A DNA stretch of 61,633 nt, the filler included, from Ionaspis alba (taxonomy: Eukaryota), in assembly GCA_964255285.1 (NCBI GenBank). It is 3 parts of 3 records of this genome, joined end to end, with 100 filler letters (N's around TTAATTAATTAA, not from the genome) between each part and the next. Parts side by side here need not be neighbours in the genome. Positions count along the whole stretch, not along the records: positions 20,607 to 41,109 come from CAXUUL010000245.1; positions 41,210 to 61,633 come from CAXUUL010000246.1; 1 more part is not named here. One strand, written 5' to 3'. Position numbers and translations under genes: made by a program. The notes below the pieces were generated by a model, which worked only from the letters and a program-made list of their open reading frames with translations, was not told the DNA's origin and did no database searches. Below are positions 36,469 through 48,402 of the stretch, piece by piece; position 1 is the stretch's first letter; each line of letters starts with the position of its first letter.

Positions 36469-36770
36469 TTTAAAAAAATCCGAAAGCTGACAATTGAGAA
36501 GATCTCTTGCAGAAGAAGATCGTATGAGCTATGGTCGAGAGGTGCTTTTAGAGCAAGGGGTGTGAGGTCCGGGGAAAGCTCGGGATAATCTTGTCTACAA
36601 TCAATGCAAACACCGACGTCACTTCTCCATGATGTTTGTGGAGACATATGATTTCCACAAAAGGTTCTTTCACAGCTTGCAGCCTCTACGAGTATTTACC
36701 GCAGACCGTCGAGAGCTCAAAATCAGATCTTTAAATTGGCTTCCAGCCCAATCTCACCTAATTAATCCAG

Positions 36771-39700
36771 ATGAGCCTTGGACAAGCTCTGCAGCAAGAG
36801 ACATTGTCCAGTTCAACAGCTTTCGGTGAAGGAAATGGTCTGGATCCGGACTCTTATACAGCACACAGACTGGTAAGCTCACTAGGACCCGGGCACTACT
36901 CATGATCTAATTGGACTCAAGAAACATGCTACTCCACAACATCTTCACATTACCACTCGCCGCTGCTTCATTGGGCCAATCCCAGAGGACTGGCTTAAGA
37001 CTCGCGCCCATCGGCTGAATTTTTCTACCTACTCGTCAAGATCAGCCACTTTTGCTGCAGCGAATAATGTATCAAATCATAGACAGGTAACTGGGTTAGA
37101 CAGCACAGCAGCCGCCGCAACGTACGGTCTCAGCTTCCCGCAACCGGAGAATGTCACCGATGAGGAGGAAGACGACGAACAGACCGCATCTTATGAGGGT
37201 CGATATGCCTCAATTGAATCCAGCTCCAAAAACAACACGACCGGCACAGCAAAACCAGAAACTGCAAAGCTAGAATCTAACACTAATGAACCAGGAAGAT
37301 CTGCAAGGGCCAGGGCCCCACGTCGTCCAAGAAGACGGCACGATCCGGGTCGCGAACTTGAGGATAATCTTTCACCGCAAAGTGAAGGCGGCATATCCTT
37401 TGTCACGGCTTTTGAGCGTCAGGATGACAAAAGGGGCTCTAGCGAGAAGAAAACTCACGATGAAGTCCTTAACAATAATGACGCACAGACTGAGTCCAGC
37501 CGGACGGAACACGACATTGTCCTTACTTCCAATGGGAGCAGCCTGGCTAGAATGAGCTCTTCCATCGCTGACCTCAGCAGACCGGGTGAGGCGACGGGAT
37601 CAACGTCCTCATTGCTACCTCATGCGGGACCACCTACTGAAAGCACTGGAAAAGGTCCAAGCGAGAGGCCCGGAGCGTCAGGTGCTGAGATATCACTCAA
37701 GGAACATGTTTCTGGACCAAAAGAAGCAGCCAAAGGGAGCGACGAAGGGGTGGCCAAACTTCCCGAGCTCCATACGGAAGAGCCCGAAGAGTACATAGAT
37801 NNNNNNNNNNNNNNNNNNNNNNNNNNNNNNNNNNNNNNNNNNNNNNNNNNNNNNNNNNNNNNNNNNNNNNNNNNNNNNNNNNNNNNNNNNNNNNNNNNNN
37901 AGGGGTGGCCAAACTTCCCGAGCTCCATACGGAAGAGCCCGAAGAGTACATAGATTCATCAGAGCCAGAACCTCAACCTTTGAAAAGCGTTGAGCCGGTT
38001 TCTACAGGTTTGGTAAGATTTCACATTCCGGACAAGCTCACCAAGAGTGATGGACGAGCACAAGCCAAAATTGCCAAAATTGAGCGGGAACTGCCACGGC
38101 GGCCAGCATTCCGGAAGAACAAGTTACAGCCAGGAGAAATAATCAAGATGGAAAAGTTTCTCGTCCGGGTGGACTCGACAATGCAAGATTTGCCTGCTGA
38201 TTACGATGAGAATTCTAGCCAGAAGTCTGATTCAAGAGTGCTGGAGAAGTGGAGAGAATACGTTGTCGTATGTCGTAGGAGTGTCGACGAAGAAGCTGAG
38301 TGCTTCATGCAAATGTACAAGTCGCGGATCATTCCGGCAGTGGAGCAAGCTCGTGTTGAGAAACGAGCGACTCACCAGATTGTGCTCAGGCATAAGATCA
38401 CCAGGCTTAATTTATATTCCTCTCTAGACAAGACGATAGTCTTGTGGACTCCCTCGAAACGTGGTACCAGCATCTATATCCTTCAAGCTCGATCCTCGGC
38501 TACCTCTGTAGAGTGGTATACATTCTTACGGAGTGTTCTTGGTTGGAAACGTCCTTCGAGTCTAAATGTGATCATTCCGGATCTCAACGTGACACTCCAG
38601 CTCGAGAGGCCATTTGAGGACTTGGAAGCCTTCAGAGATGCAGTACACAGTACAGATACAGCCCAGAGGGCTACGGACCCAATAAAACCAGCCGGAAAGG
38701 CTGTTGCGAGTGTCGTTATTCAGCGTTGTATGAAGATGCTTGAAAATTCTCCAGAATGGAGTGATGTTATTGACAAGTGGCTAAGCCAGGAAAAGATAGG
38801 TCTAGCTTGGAAGAGATATGACCGCTTAGAGTGGGTCCATGGAGCAAACGAGCAAAGAATGTACGGGACATTGGCAATGCAACAGTCACACGACCTTGAA
38901 CTGCTTCCAAAGCAACACTATCCAACGACTGTATCTGATACCGACAAATCCGAAGTTCTGAAAGAGCCTACTCCTGTAGAAGGATTCTTGGTTCGACTCA
39001 CGTCTCAAAGGGGCAAAGATCAACGAATGGGCAAGAATTTCTTCAAGAGACTCTATTTCTCCACTCATAATCAGTTTTTGTGCTTCTGTCGACCAGCGAA
39101 GGCGACACCTCCACCTCCACCAAAGCTTCGTGAAGCTTATCATGCGCAGCAGTTGCCCAGTGCTAGAGAAATCATGGAGAAGATCCCCCTGATTTATGCT
39201 GTCAATCCGTATCCATTGACGGACAATCGAGTATCGTGGTTGGCATCGAAGAACGCTGAAGCGTTGAAAGAGCACGACCAAAAAGCATATGACGAAGCAG
39301 AAAGGAAAATTAGAACCTTATTGGAAGCGGAAGGATACATCAATCTCAGTCACGTAGTTCATGTGCGGCATTTCAGGCGACGACAGGCACAATCAGAGAA
39401 CGACGCAGCAAATGGAGCTACTGCACAAGCCCAAGATGGAGATGCCACTATTACGAATGAGACTATGCAGCAAACCCACGATGATTATTCCTTCGAACTG
39501 GTACTGAAGAACGGTCTTTCTGTTCGACTTCGAGCTTATGATCAGACTACAAAGGAAGAGTGGATGACCCGTCTTAATCAGATCATAAGATACTGGAAAT
39601 TGCGTATCGTCGATGACACGAATGTTTATAAAATGGTCCGTCAGACCAATTTCCAGAAACTGGAGATCGACGAGGAAATGGAATCATACCTCGGCCAGTA

Positions 39701-40475
39701 TGCCAAGAAGTGGGAAGTCAGTAGAGCGGTGGCCTCACCGCAGCTCTTCAACATGTGTGGCATTTCTTGTTGCCGAGCAATCACGGTATGTGTCAATTCA
39801 TCACTCTTCGTCGCCGGCCACTGAAGAGTTTTTATATCATCATGCTATACTAAAGGGCTTCACTAACACCTGTTATAGATGTCAGGAGTATTATACCATA
39901 AGGCACGCCTTCACGCAACCTTCAAACGGTGCGGCGTCATGCTTTGCCACGGCAAATTGCTTATTTTCCAAGCCACGCTGCGTAAATACACGGGGAAGGA
40001 AATTCCGCATACACATCACGAAAGACAACAAGTGATCGACCTCAAAGACACCTATATCTATAGCGGACTTGTGAGCATTTCAGCAGCAACATTGAAGAAT
40101 CATACTCACATCTTCTAGATAACAGAAGACGACCTGCTCTACCAAAACCGTACATTCGACAGTAATCACCCAGGCCATCACGCCCTCCCTCGAGTCTATC
40201 TCGAGGACAGCTGGACATCTTCGGACGAGGACACCATGACTTGCTTCGTCATCTGGCACGGAAAGAGAAAGTCCTTCTTCAGAGCGAGTGCAGAAGACCA
40301 GGATGGCAAGCTGAAGCAACGGCTGAAATATGTTTCTCGATTGGGGGCTACTGGAAGATCGATGGTCTTCAAGACAAGGAGCCGCGCAGAAAGGGATCAT
40401 TGGGTCATGAGTATTGGAATGGAGATTGAGCGGTTGCAGCAGGCAGAAGAGATTAGGGTTGTTTCTAAGAAGTGA
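36771..40475 (+). CDS. SPO71: Meiotic PH-domain prospore-membrane protein, Spo71/Mug56 family (interrupted by a false N gap)
   Basis: N-terminal YTAHRL|KHATPQHLHITTRRCFIGPIPEDWL, PH domains, GLAWKRYDRLEWV and C-terminal MVFKTRSRAERDHWVMSIGMEIERL. Confidence 0.88.
37801..37900. other. N100 assembly gap with about 54 bp duplicated on both flanks (false gap)
   Basis: aggggtggccaaacttcccgagctcc...gagtacatagat is present at 37747-37800 and again from 37901. Confidence 0.9.
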
Positions 40476-41109
40476 GAGGGTCACATTTCGGTTCGTTGCT
40501 TGGCACGGCGTTGGTGGATGGCCTGTCGACCAATGTGGTCTAAGAAAGACGTATTGTTGGACATTGAGAGTGTTCGTTGTGTATTTTTACTTACATATCG
40601 ATAGTCCATCACTAATCGACTGTACTATCTGACCGTCTTACTGACCAAGTCATCCGTCGAGTTGGGCAGAAGAAACCTGGCCAGCCCAGCCCATGGCTGG
40701 CCTAGATCTCTGGTCTTTCGTCTCCTCAGCTCTGTAACATTCATCTTCCATGCTTTTGCTCTCTGGGTCCAAGCCCGCATTGAGCTTCGTGGTCACGCCC
40801 GAGCGGTGGCGGAAGGTCTTCATCGCGGTGGTTTGTCAGCATTTTGCAGCCTTATCCAGCATCGGTGCGCATGTCGTTGTTTACTACTGAGCCCAAACGT
40901 CACCCTTTGAGATCAAGCTTTTCACTCTTGCTCCTGGTCTTAATCTCGTAGAGAGCGAAAGAGAGTGGCATGCAGGAGACCATCACCTCGGCTCCAAGAT
41001 AGTGGCACCCTCTCTCAACCGCGTCGTGTCATATCTCCTCTCGAATGTACGATTTTATGAAGGATGGAGCTTCTGATCGCAAGAATACTTATCCTTTACT
41101 ACTCTTGGA

Positions 41110-41209
41110 NNNNNNNNNNNNNNNNNNNNNNNNNNNNNNNNNNNNNNNNNNNNTTAATTAATTAANNNNNNNNNNNNNNNNNNNNNNNNNNNNNNNNNNN
41201 NNNNNNNNN
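41110..41209. other. Artificial contig-join spacer N44-TTAATTAATTAA-N44
   Basis: Same construct as 20507-20606. Confidence 0.95.
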
Positions 41210-41655
41210 TCAGAAAAATAGTTGAAAAACAATAAAAAAATTTTATTTTATATAATCGATTTTCGATAATTTAAATACCTTATTTTATTTATTAATAATA
41301 AATTTAGTTTTTTAAAAACATCGTCGTTATTGTTGTATAATATTTAAAAATCTAATTAAAAACGCAACGTTTAAATTATTAATATATTTATACACAATCG
41401 TAATTTAAAATAAATTTTTTAAAATTATTATTATATATAACAATCTCGAAATAAATATCGTTAATATTAATATATAAAATTAATTATTGTTGTAGTTGAA
41501 ATATAATATATCGAAATTAATAATTTGTCGACGCGACGCGAAACAAAAATATTTAAATATAATTATATTAAAATAAAATAAATTCGGTTTAAATTACAAA
41601 AAAACGCTTTTAAATTTTTTTTAAAAAAATTTTCGATTTTTCGATTAATCTCAAA
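41210..41655. mobile_element. Extremely AT-rich, probably RIP-mutated repeat or transposon relic at a contig end
   Basis: Abrupt drop in GC relative to the roughly balanced flanks, TpA-rich, no ORF, and surviving C/G mostly in CpG. The element family is not identifiable. Confidence 0.65.
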
Positions 41656-42241
41656 AGGCAATTAATATCGGAGGCCGGAGGCCGGAGGCAGGGAGGTCTG
41701 AGGTACTGAGGCAATGTCGAAAAACACGACTTCCCGACAACAATGTGGTCCCTCGTACTCGATAAACGATACTACAATCGGTAACAATCTCTACGATAAT
41801 TATCGAAGTCGCAAAGACTAGTGGGCTTCCTACCATCACTGTAACTTCACAAATGCATCTGAGCATGGGTCAGCTGAAGGTGCCGCTGCGAAGGCACTCG
41901 CTACTCTGAGAATGTTGGATGTATGAGAGCCATCGGTATATGGTCTTAAGGCGATGAGAATGCTTCGATCGATTACTCCCACGAGAGTCTGGGCAAAATT
42001 CACACACTGGACTTACATTTATTGCAGACAGCTTACAAGATATGGCAGATTGCAATAAAGGGTTTATCATTCATGAATGATGCTCATTATTTACGGTATA
42101 CATTATTTACAGTATACAAAGACAGGATATCTACCAAAATCAGGACGCAAACGCAGAACCAGAATAATGTCAAGCGCGGCGAAGAACCTTATCCAAGATC
42201 TCCATAATTCTGCCATAACCTTATATGTAGGCAACAGAGCC

Positions 42242-43405
42242 TTACCACATATCCTTTCTGCCGTTCCAAGGATCGATCATATCCTCCCAAGGATCTGTAT
42301 CAACTCTTTCCATCTGCCAGATTCTTGATTCCCCGTCTTGCCACAACCCGGTATACACCCACCGCCCGCACCACCTCGGCACCTGCACTCTCGCCTCGTT
42401 CCACATCAACTGCCCCAAGAAAGTCTTGAACTTCCCTGACCCATCGTCATAGGGACGAGTGCAGACAACGTCTTTCAATAGGGTAGCCTCGCGCGTAAGG
42501 TCCGCCCAGGCAGCCGGAGCAACAGCGCAGAACGGAAGCTCCAGAACGCGGAGCCCGGAGACGTCGAAGACCCAGTCGAAAGCATCCTCCGGGATGCCGA
42601 AATGGCGGAGCCTCAAGACGTCGAGCTCGAAGCGTATCGGACGGCTGTCGGGCAGCTCTGAATCCTTGTCACCCGGGAAGAGGATGTCGAAGTGAAGCTC
42701 GCATGGCTCCCCCACTTCTTCGGGCCTCGGGAAGACATCCCGGCTGTCGTCCCAACGTGCCGGCCGATTCGAGTTCACGAGGCTGACGTCTAGCTCCCTG
42801 AGCGTTGGAGCTAGACCGAGGAGCGCTTCACCGAGCCGGGGCATCACCGCGCGTGGGCTCGTCCACCAGGAGGCAAGGTCCGGGATTGCCTCAAGCTTGA
42901 GGGTGGCGAGGCGAGGGAGGCCGTTGGTCGTGATGCATTGTGCCAGGCGGCACACATCCACCTTGTCGGCGAGCGGAATTTCGAGTCTCGTAAGGCCAAG
43001 CGGGAGGCCGACCGGCAGAGGAGAGGGGCAGGAAAAGATCAGAGTCTGGACCAAGGAGGGAATGACGATGTCCAGCGGCTCGGTGCAGACCAAAACAGGT
43101 TCCTCGGGGGCGAGGGAGAGATGCCACGAGCGCATGAGATGCGCCACGTGGTCCGCCTTGGCTTGGTCCACCTTGGTTCGGCGTGGACGAGTGGAGGCGG
43201 TACCTGCCGCGACTGACTGCGCCTTGGCGGAAGGGAGGACGAGATCACTATGCTGATAGCGATGGTGCATTAGCGCCGCGTAGTGGGCGCGGGAGGTCGA
43301 CGCTAAGGAGAGAAGAGTTGCCTCCCAGAAAGCGGGGATGACGTCCGCAACGAGGAGAGCGAAGAAGGGGGCGGAGACTTGGGAAGGGATGGTTGATTGA
43401 GCCAT
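42242..43405 (-). CDS. Intronless GC-rich orphan with F-box-like N-terminus and degenerate leucine-rich repeats
   Basis: 387-aa ORF. TLLSLASTSRAHYAALMHHRY resembles an F-box helix. LxxLxL units LTRLEI, LATLKL, LRELDV, LDVLRL and LRVLEL. Confidence 0.6.
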   Translation of the reverse strand: MAQSTIPSQVSAPFFALLVADVIPAFWEATLLSLASTSRAHYAALMHHRYQHSDLVLPSAKAQSVAAGTASTRPRRTKVDQAKADHVAHLMRSWHLSLAPEEPVLVCTEPLDIVIPSLVQTLIFSCPSPLPVGLPLGLTRLEIPLADKVDVCRLAQCITTNGLPRLATLKLEAIPDLASWWTSPRAVMPRLGEALLGLAPTLRELDVSLVNSNRPARWDDSRDVFPRPEEVGEPCELHFDILFPGDKDSELPDSRPIRFELDVLRLRHFGIPEDAFDWVFDVSGLRVLELPFCAVAPAAWADLTREATLLKDVVCTRPYDDGSGKFKTFLGQLMWNEARVQVPRWCGRWVYTGLWQDGESRIWQMERVDTDPWEDMIDPWNGRKDMW

Positions 43406-44051
43406 CTTGGTGGACCGTTGGTGAGGAACGGGAATGCTAGGGGAATAAGAGCTTGAAAGAGTATGGAATTATGTGTTACGGGTAAAGGAAAGCTTCAAAG
43501 CTAATGATGTTATGATGAGTCGATGTATATAGATTAACAATATAGTATTCAATGTGTACTAATTGCTATACAGGAGGAGACAAAGTAATGATGGGAAGGG
43601 TCGACTTATATATTGATATCAAGGAAGGCTGTGATTTCGGACGGCAGTGATGTCTGAGTGGAGAGTGGTTTGAATCTAAATGAAGTATGTTCCACAGTTA
43701 GGGTCTCTTGGAAACCTTTGTACCGGTGGTCTTCACGGTACCACGTCCCGGAATAGAATTCCAGTACCTTGAACATCTGCACTAGATACGACATTTCAGC
43801 CACAGGTTCCCCACAGGCTACAGAGATCACAAGCGACATGTATTAGAAATGATTGGACCAAATCAGAGCAGGAAAGCCATCTGGTATTCGAATGCCAATA
43901 ATCATTTTCATATATACAGCACAGCATGCTGCGAACCGCGGAATTCCCTGGATACCAATATACCAATGCTTCCAGAATTCAGTCATCAAAGCACATAGAG
44001 CACTGACTCTTTCCCACCCTCTTTTAACTTTTAACCGCTAGCGCTACCAAT

Positions 44052-45675
44052 CTAGACCAATTCTTCTCCTTCACCTAAACTTTCCCATCGCCTGGTCTTT
44101 CGGGAGCTCTCTAGCCAATTCTTGATCTCACAAGGGTCCCCGTCTCTGCCTTGGCAAAGCTTCTTCCTACCAAGGTTCTTGAACCGTGGGCCGAAAGGTC
44201 CGTTTACATAATGATACTGTCCTGCAAATCGATATTGTCGTGTATCATTGAGCTCATAGAATTTGTCCCCCCAATGTCCAGAAAAGTAAAACCATTGAGT
44301 AGGAGCGTGTGGGGTCTTGGTTGATGATCGCAAGGCGTCAGCTTTGTAATCGTAGGTGTAGGCATGTGTGTTGAGGGCAGGATCCCAAAGAGGCCCACGG
44401 TCGGTTTCGTCGTGTAGAAGGCCAAGGGGAAGGACATATGGGTGGATGCCAGGTGTGGCATACATGGCGTGGGAGCCAGTGGCGGAATATAACACAGGCT
44501 GTGCGGTCATTAGCCTTCGTGGCAATGCGGGATGCAAATGTACTTACACGCTTCCCTATCTTCTCGACGGCCTCGTAGCTGTATGCTCCGCCAAAAGTGT
44601 GCTGACTCAAGAAAAGAGCTTTTGGCTTGCCATGCTGGAATCGAACCATAGAATGCTCCCAGTCCCCAACATGATTCCCAAATCGGATATTCAGCACTCG
44701 ATTCCCTTGATTGAAGCTGTAAAAATAGAACCAGAATGCATCGATGATGCCTTCGCCTTTATCGACGGTAATGAGGAGAGCAGGAGCATTGCTTCGACCA
44801 CCTTTTCCAGATTTCGGTGATGACAATTTCTGGTCTCTGGCGTCGGTGGCCCTTGTGTTGCCCGCGACTTTCGAGACGTCTAAGACAGCTGGATCAAATC
44901 TGCTAATGGATCTCGTGCTCCTTTTGATTGCGGCATGAGAACCGCCCTGACCGGCTTCATACCACCCTTCTCTTTTGGCACTCTCATCAATATACTCTCC
45001 CTCCATTCTGCCATTCCAGGCTATCGTGGATTGAGAATCTATTCCCGCCTCCGGCTTAGCCTCCGAAGGCTCAGGCACATTAGTTGAGGCTTTCAGCCAA
45101 TCCGGGGCCTGCCCCGGATTTTCATTACTAGTGAGAAACACATTGTGGCCTTCCTCCCAAATATTCAAATTGTATAATGGATTTGTAAGATTAGATCTTT
45201 GTGACTGTAATAAGGTGTAGTTCAAGCACGGCGTGACATGTTGCAGGTGCTTTGCAATATCCGCTGGCCAAAACTCTTCTCCTGAGAAGAGATGCACAAG
45301 AGGAGCATATTCGAAAACATAATCAGGGATCTCGCGTAACAATCGCTCGCTTCTGGTCCAATTAGTGGGCTTCACAACCGCATCGCGCCAGTCTGTCCGA
45401 TGAGAATGCGAAGTCTGTATTGTTTTCTGCTCCGGAGGCTTTCCTTTACGGAACCAGCGAGTAGAACTTCGCCAATGATTGCCACCACATATACCGATCC
45501 ACTTGCAGGCAGTTCGATCTGTCAACGATTGCGAGGTAGCGATCCATCGTGCGTCCTCTGAAGCTTCGATAACTGGAAGGTTGGGAGGATTCAAGGCAGT
45601 ATATAAGCCAAAAAACGCAGCATAGCTAAGAAAGAGTGAAAGAACGGTAATGCCCAGGAATTTTGGAAACGACAT
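44052..45675 (-). CDS. VPS62: Vacuolar protein sorting-associated protein 62 (2 exons)
   Basis: IPDYVFEYAPLVHLFSGEEFWP, DAFWFYFYSFNQG, FGNHVGDWEH and PVLYSATGSHAMYATPG. N-terminal TM anchor. Confidence 0.92.
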
Positions 45676-46826
45676 GATCTCGAGGGCGCAGGGCGATTAA
45701 GGAGAGCTTGTATTAGGGAACATCTGCACCGTCGAGAGGATTTGATAATACTGGCCGATAGCACATCGTGGAGGTGCATGCCTGCAGACTCTTACCCATA
45801 TAGCAGGCTGACGGGTCCAAAATGAATGTGTGTAGGACGAAGGAACAGCAGCCTCTTGAAGAAAAGCGGTCTAAGAATCTGGCAGTAAACTTCTTGTGGA
45901 GCAACAATGCATTTCGCTTGTTGGTGAAGAAACAACATGGTGAGCAAAGCCGGGTTTGTGATACAAGCCAATCGAACGAACAGATTGCGTTGTTCGTGAT
46001 AAGGCTTCTAACGAAGTTGTGAAAGATACATGACTTGGAAAGAATTATCTAACCCGCCACCTGGATATCGAAGAAGAACGAGAGGACTCCGATGCCTTGC
46101 AAACACAGAACTAATCAAGGAAGTGGTCCAAAATTGAACGGAAAAAGTATCAGATCTGGAACTAGAACAGATCGAGTACACTTACAATGCACCGACAAGC
46201 AATCGAAGATGAGTAGATAACAAGGATCAGCTCTGAATCCAGGCATAGTGGTGGGTTCTTCGTTGGTTTGCTCACACTCCTGAGAAGGCGCAGCCAAGCT
46301 CCGACCAACAGCCAACATAACAAGGTCGCAAAGCATAGATGAAGCAATATGTGAGATCAGACCGAACATAACATGCATCAAGTGAATATGATAATATAAG
46401 ACTTGCAAAGACTAAAACAAAGATGTGAAGGATGTGATTGCGGCAAGTCAACTGGATAACGAAAGCTTTGCTAGAGCCGGAACACCACATGGGATGTGGC
46501 CAGGGCTTTTCGGATTATAATATGTACAATTTTATGCATAAACTCTCGTTGCGCTCAAAACACTCGCAAGACATATACACCAGAAGCAGATTTTGCTCTA
46601 TATAGCCTCTCACGGCCGTTGTAAATGTCTTGAGCCGTAGAGAAATAAATGCCATCTGAGCAATTTTGCGCCGTGGGAAGTCAGCTATGCGATTCCAAAT
46701 CTTGCTATATGCAACTTGTGGTGATCTAGTGTTTTCTATCCTGCCATAATATTGAATCAATTTACACATTCATACTCTCACCCACATCTCTAAGTCTAGC
46801 AGTATCTGAAGTTCGTTTCTTGAAGA

Positions 46827-48147
46827 ATGCCAGAATCGAGTCTAAAGCGACGAGCAGAGGACTCGGACTCGGAATGGGAGTACGAGTATCATGATACAGA
46901 AACAGAAGTACGAGCAAAGTATTCTTCTTACCATTAGTCACTTCTAACACTCCAAGAGCTTCTACGTCACTATCGACCTTTCTTCGGCTCCTCTGTCGCG
47001 AACTAGGAAACGATCAAGAACAGGAGCCGACAGTCCCACCCTTGAAACACCACTTGAATCCTCTGCAGCAATAGCGGATGCTAATGCCGAATTCTCCTTG
47101 AATAGCCCTAAGGCCTCAGCTGCTACTGGCACCAAAACCGAAGACAGGATTCAAATACTCGACCTGCACACCCGGTCACCAGTCATCTCCTATCGGAACC
47201 AGATCTACACAGCCCAATGGACCGACACTATAGGTACCGACATCCTCCTCACGACTCCAGACTCCTCTTCTCCATTCCCTCCACAACACTCATACCCTGA
47301 GTTCGACATCCAAGCAATAACTAGTATAAAACTTGTGGGACGACCTGTGCAATTGATCCCTCGTGGCCCAAGTAAATCAAGCGAGCTTGACACTACCAAT
47401 GCTCCAAGCAATCCTGCAGTCCCGACCACGTCAAATGAAGCCTCATCGTCGTCTCAGATAGCTAATCCACCTCAGTCTCAACCGCCACTTCCCTACCCAC
47501 GAATCCCCGTGAACATGGGCGATAGTCTCAGCAGGCAAAATCAAGCACGCTTCCTTCAGCGCCTCATAGCCGCCAAAGCCTCCAAAGGTGAAGCAGATAG
47601 CGTGACTGTGTACTCGAAGCGGAGGCACACTGGATCCGGATGGCGGAGCTGGGGTCAGGTGGAGGCTGAGGAAGACGACCAAGATGAAGAAGGTCAAGAC
47701 CTTGGGGAAAGACATGATCAAGATGAGGAGGCTGAAAACGATAACGCTACACCTGTAACACCGAGTTCTGCACGAGCACGCTCCGAAAGTCAACAGACGT
47801 CACAAGTACGATCGCCTGCCGCCTCACAGACACCGAGGCGATTAGGACGTCCGCCGGGAAAGCGGAAAATGGTCAAGCCCAGGAAGCCGGGAGGGCTGTT
47901 TCGTGATTATGTTCCTGAGGTAGGAGACAAGGCCGGGGCTGATATCAGAGGATTTGGACTTGGTGAGAGGGTTGGAGAAGGGCGATTGGCTGTTGGAGAA
48001 GAGACGGCCGGCCGGTCGTTAGGGAGGGAGGAATCTGGAGTTCATGAACGACAGAATGGTGTTGAGAAAGAAAGGAGTGTCGAGGAAGTGGTGGAAACTG
48101 CTGTTGACGATAAAGGGGAAGATGTGAACATGGAAGACCCCTCTTGA
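46827..48147 (+). CDS. TFIIIC triple-barrel-domain subunit-like protein (2 exons)
   Basis: EWEYEYHDTETE|SFYVTIDLS and IQILDLHTRSPVISYRNQIYTAQWTDTIGTDILL are characteristic of fungal TFIIIC triple-barrel proteins. Confidence 0.78.
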
Positions 48148-48402
48148 CATGTCTGGGACCGACTTCGCGCATGGAAGCAACATAATATGAAGCATCAGAG
48201 GATATGCTCTCTGCCTGATGCTATGCCATTTGCTTGTTGAAACGAGTGCTTCTAACGACGAATGTGACAAATAAAACGTTGGGACAAAATCAAAGGAGTG
48301 ATTTTCGCACCATAATCCTGTTCTCATATACCCACGGCGCCTCCCAATGCCCCAAACCAAGATGTGATCTAAGATAACTCAACCGTCAAACCGGGATCAG
48401 CT

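Noticed and set aside
37747..37954. Apparent internal repeat or frameshift in SPO71
   Set aside because: Same false-gap artefact. Collapsing the overlap restores one reading frame.
40630..41109. Possible terminal exons of a minus-strand gene cut by the gap
   Set aside because: Only short ORFs, and no consistent splice model or homology could be recognised.
45700..46800. 1.1-kb VPS62/TFIIIC intergenic region as a possible ncRNA locus
   Set aside because: No recognisable tRNA, snRNA or snoRNA motifs. It is consistent with UTRs and a divergent promoter.
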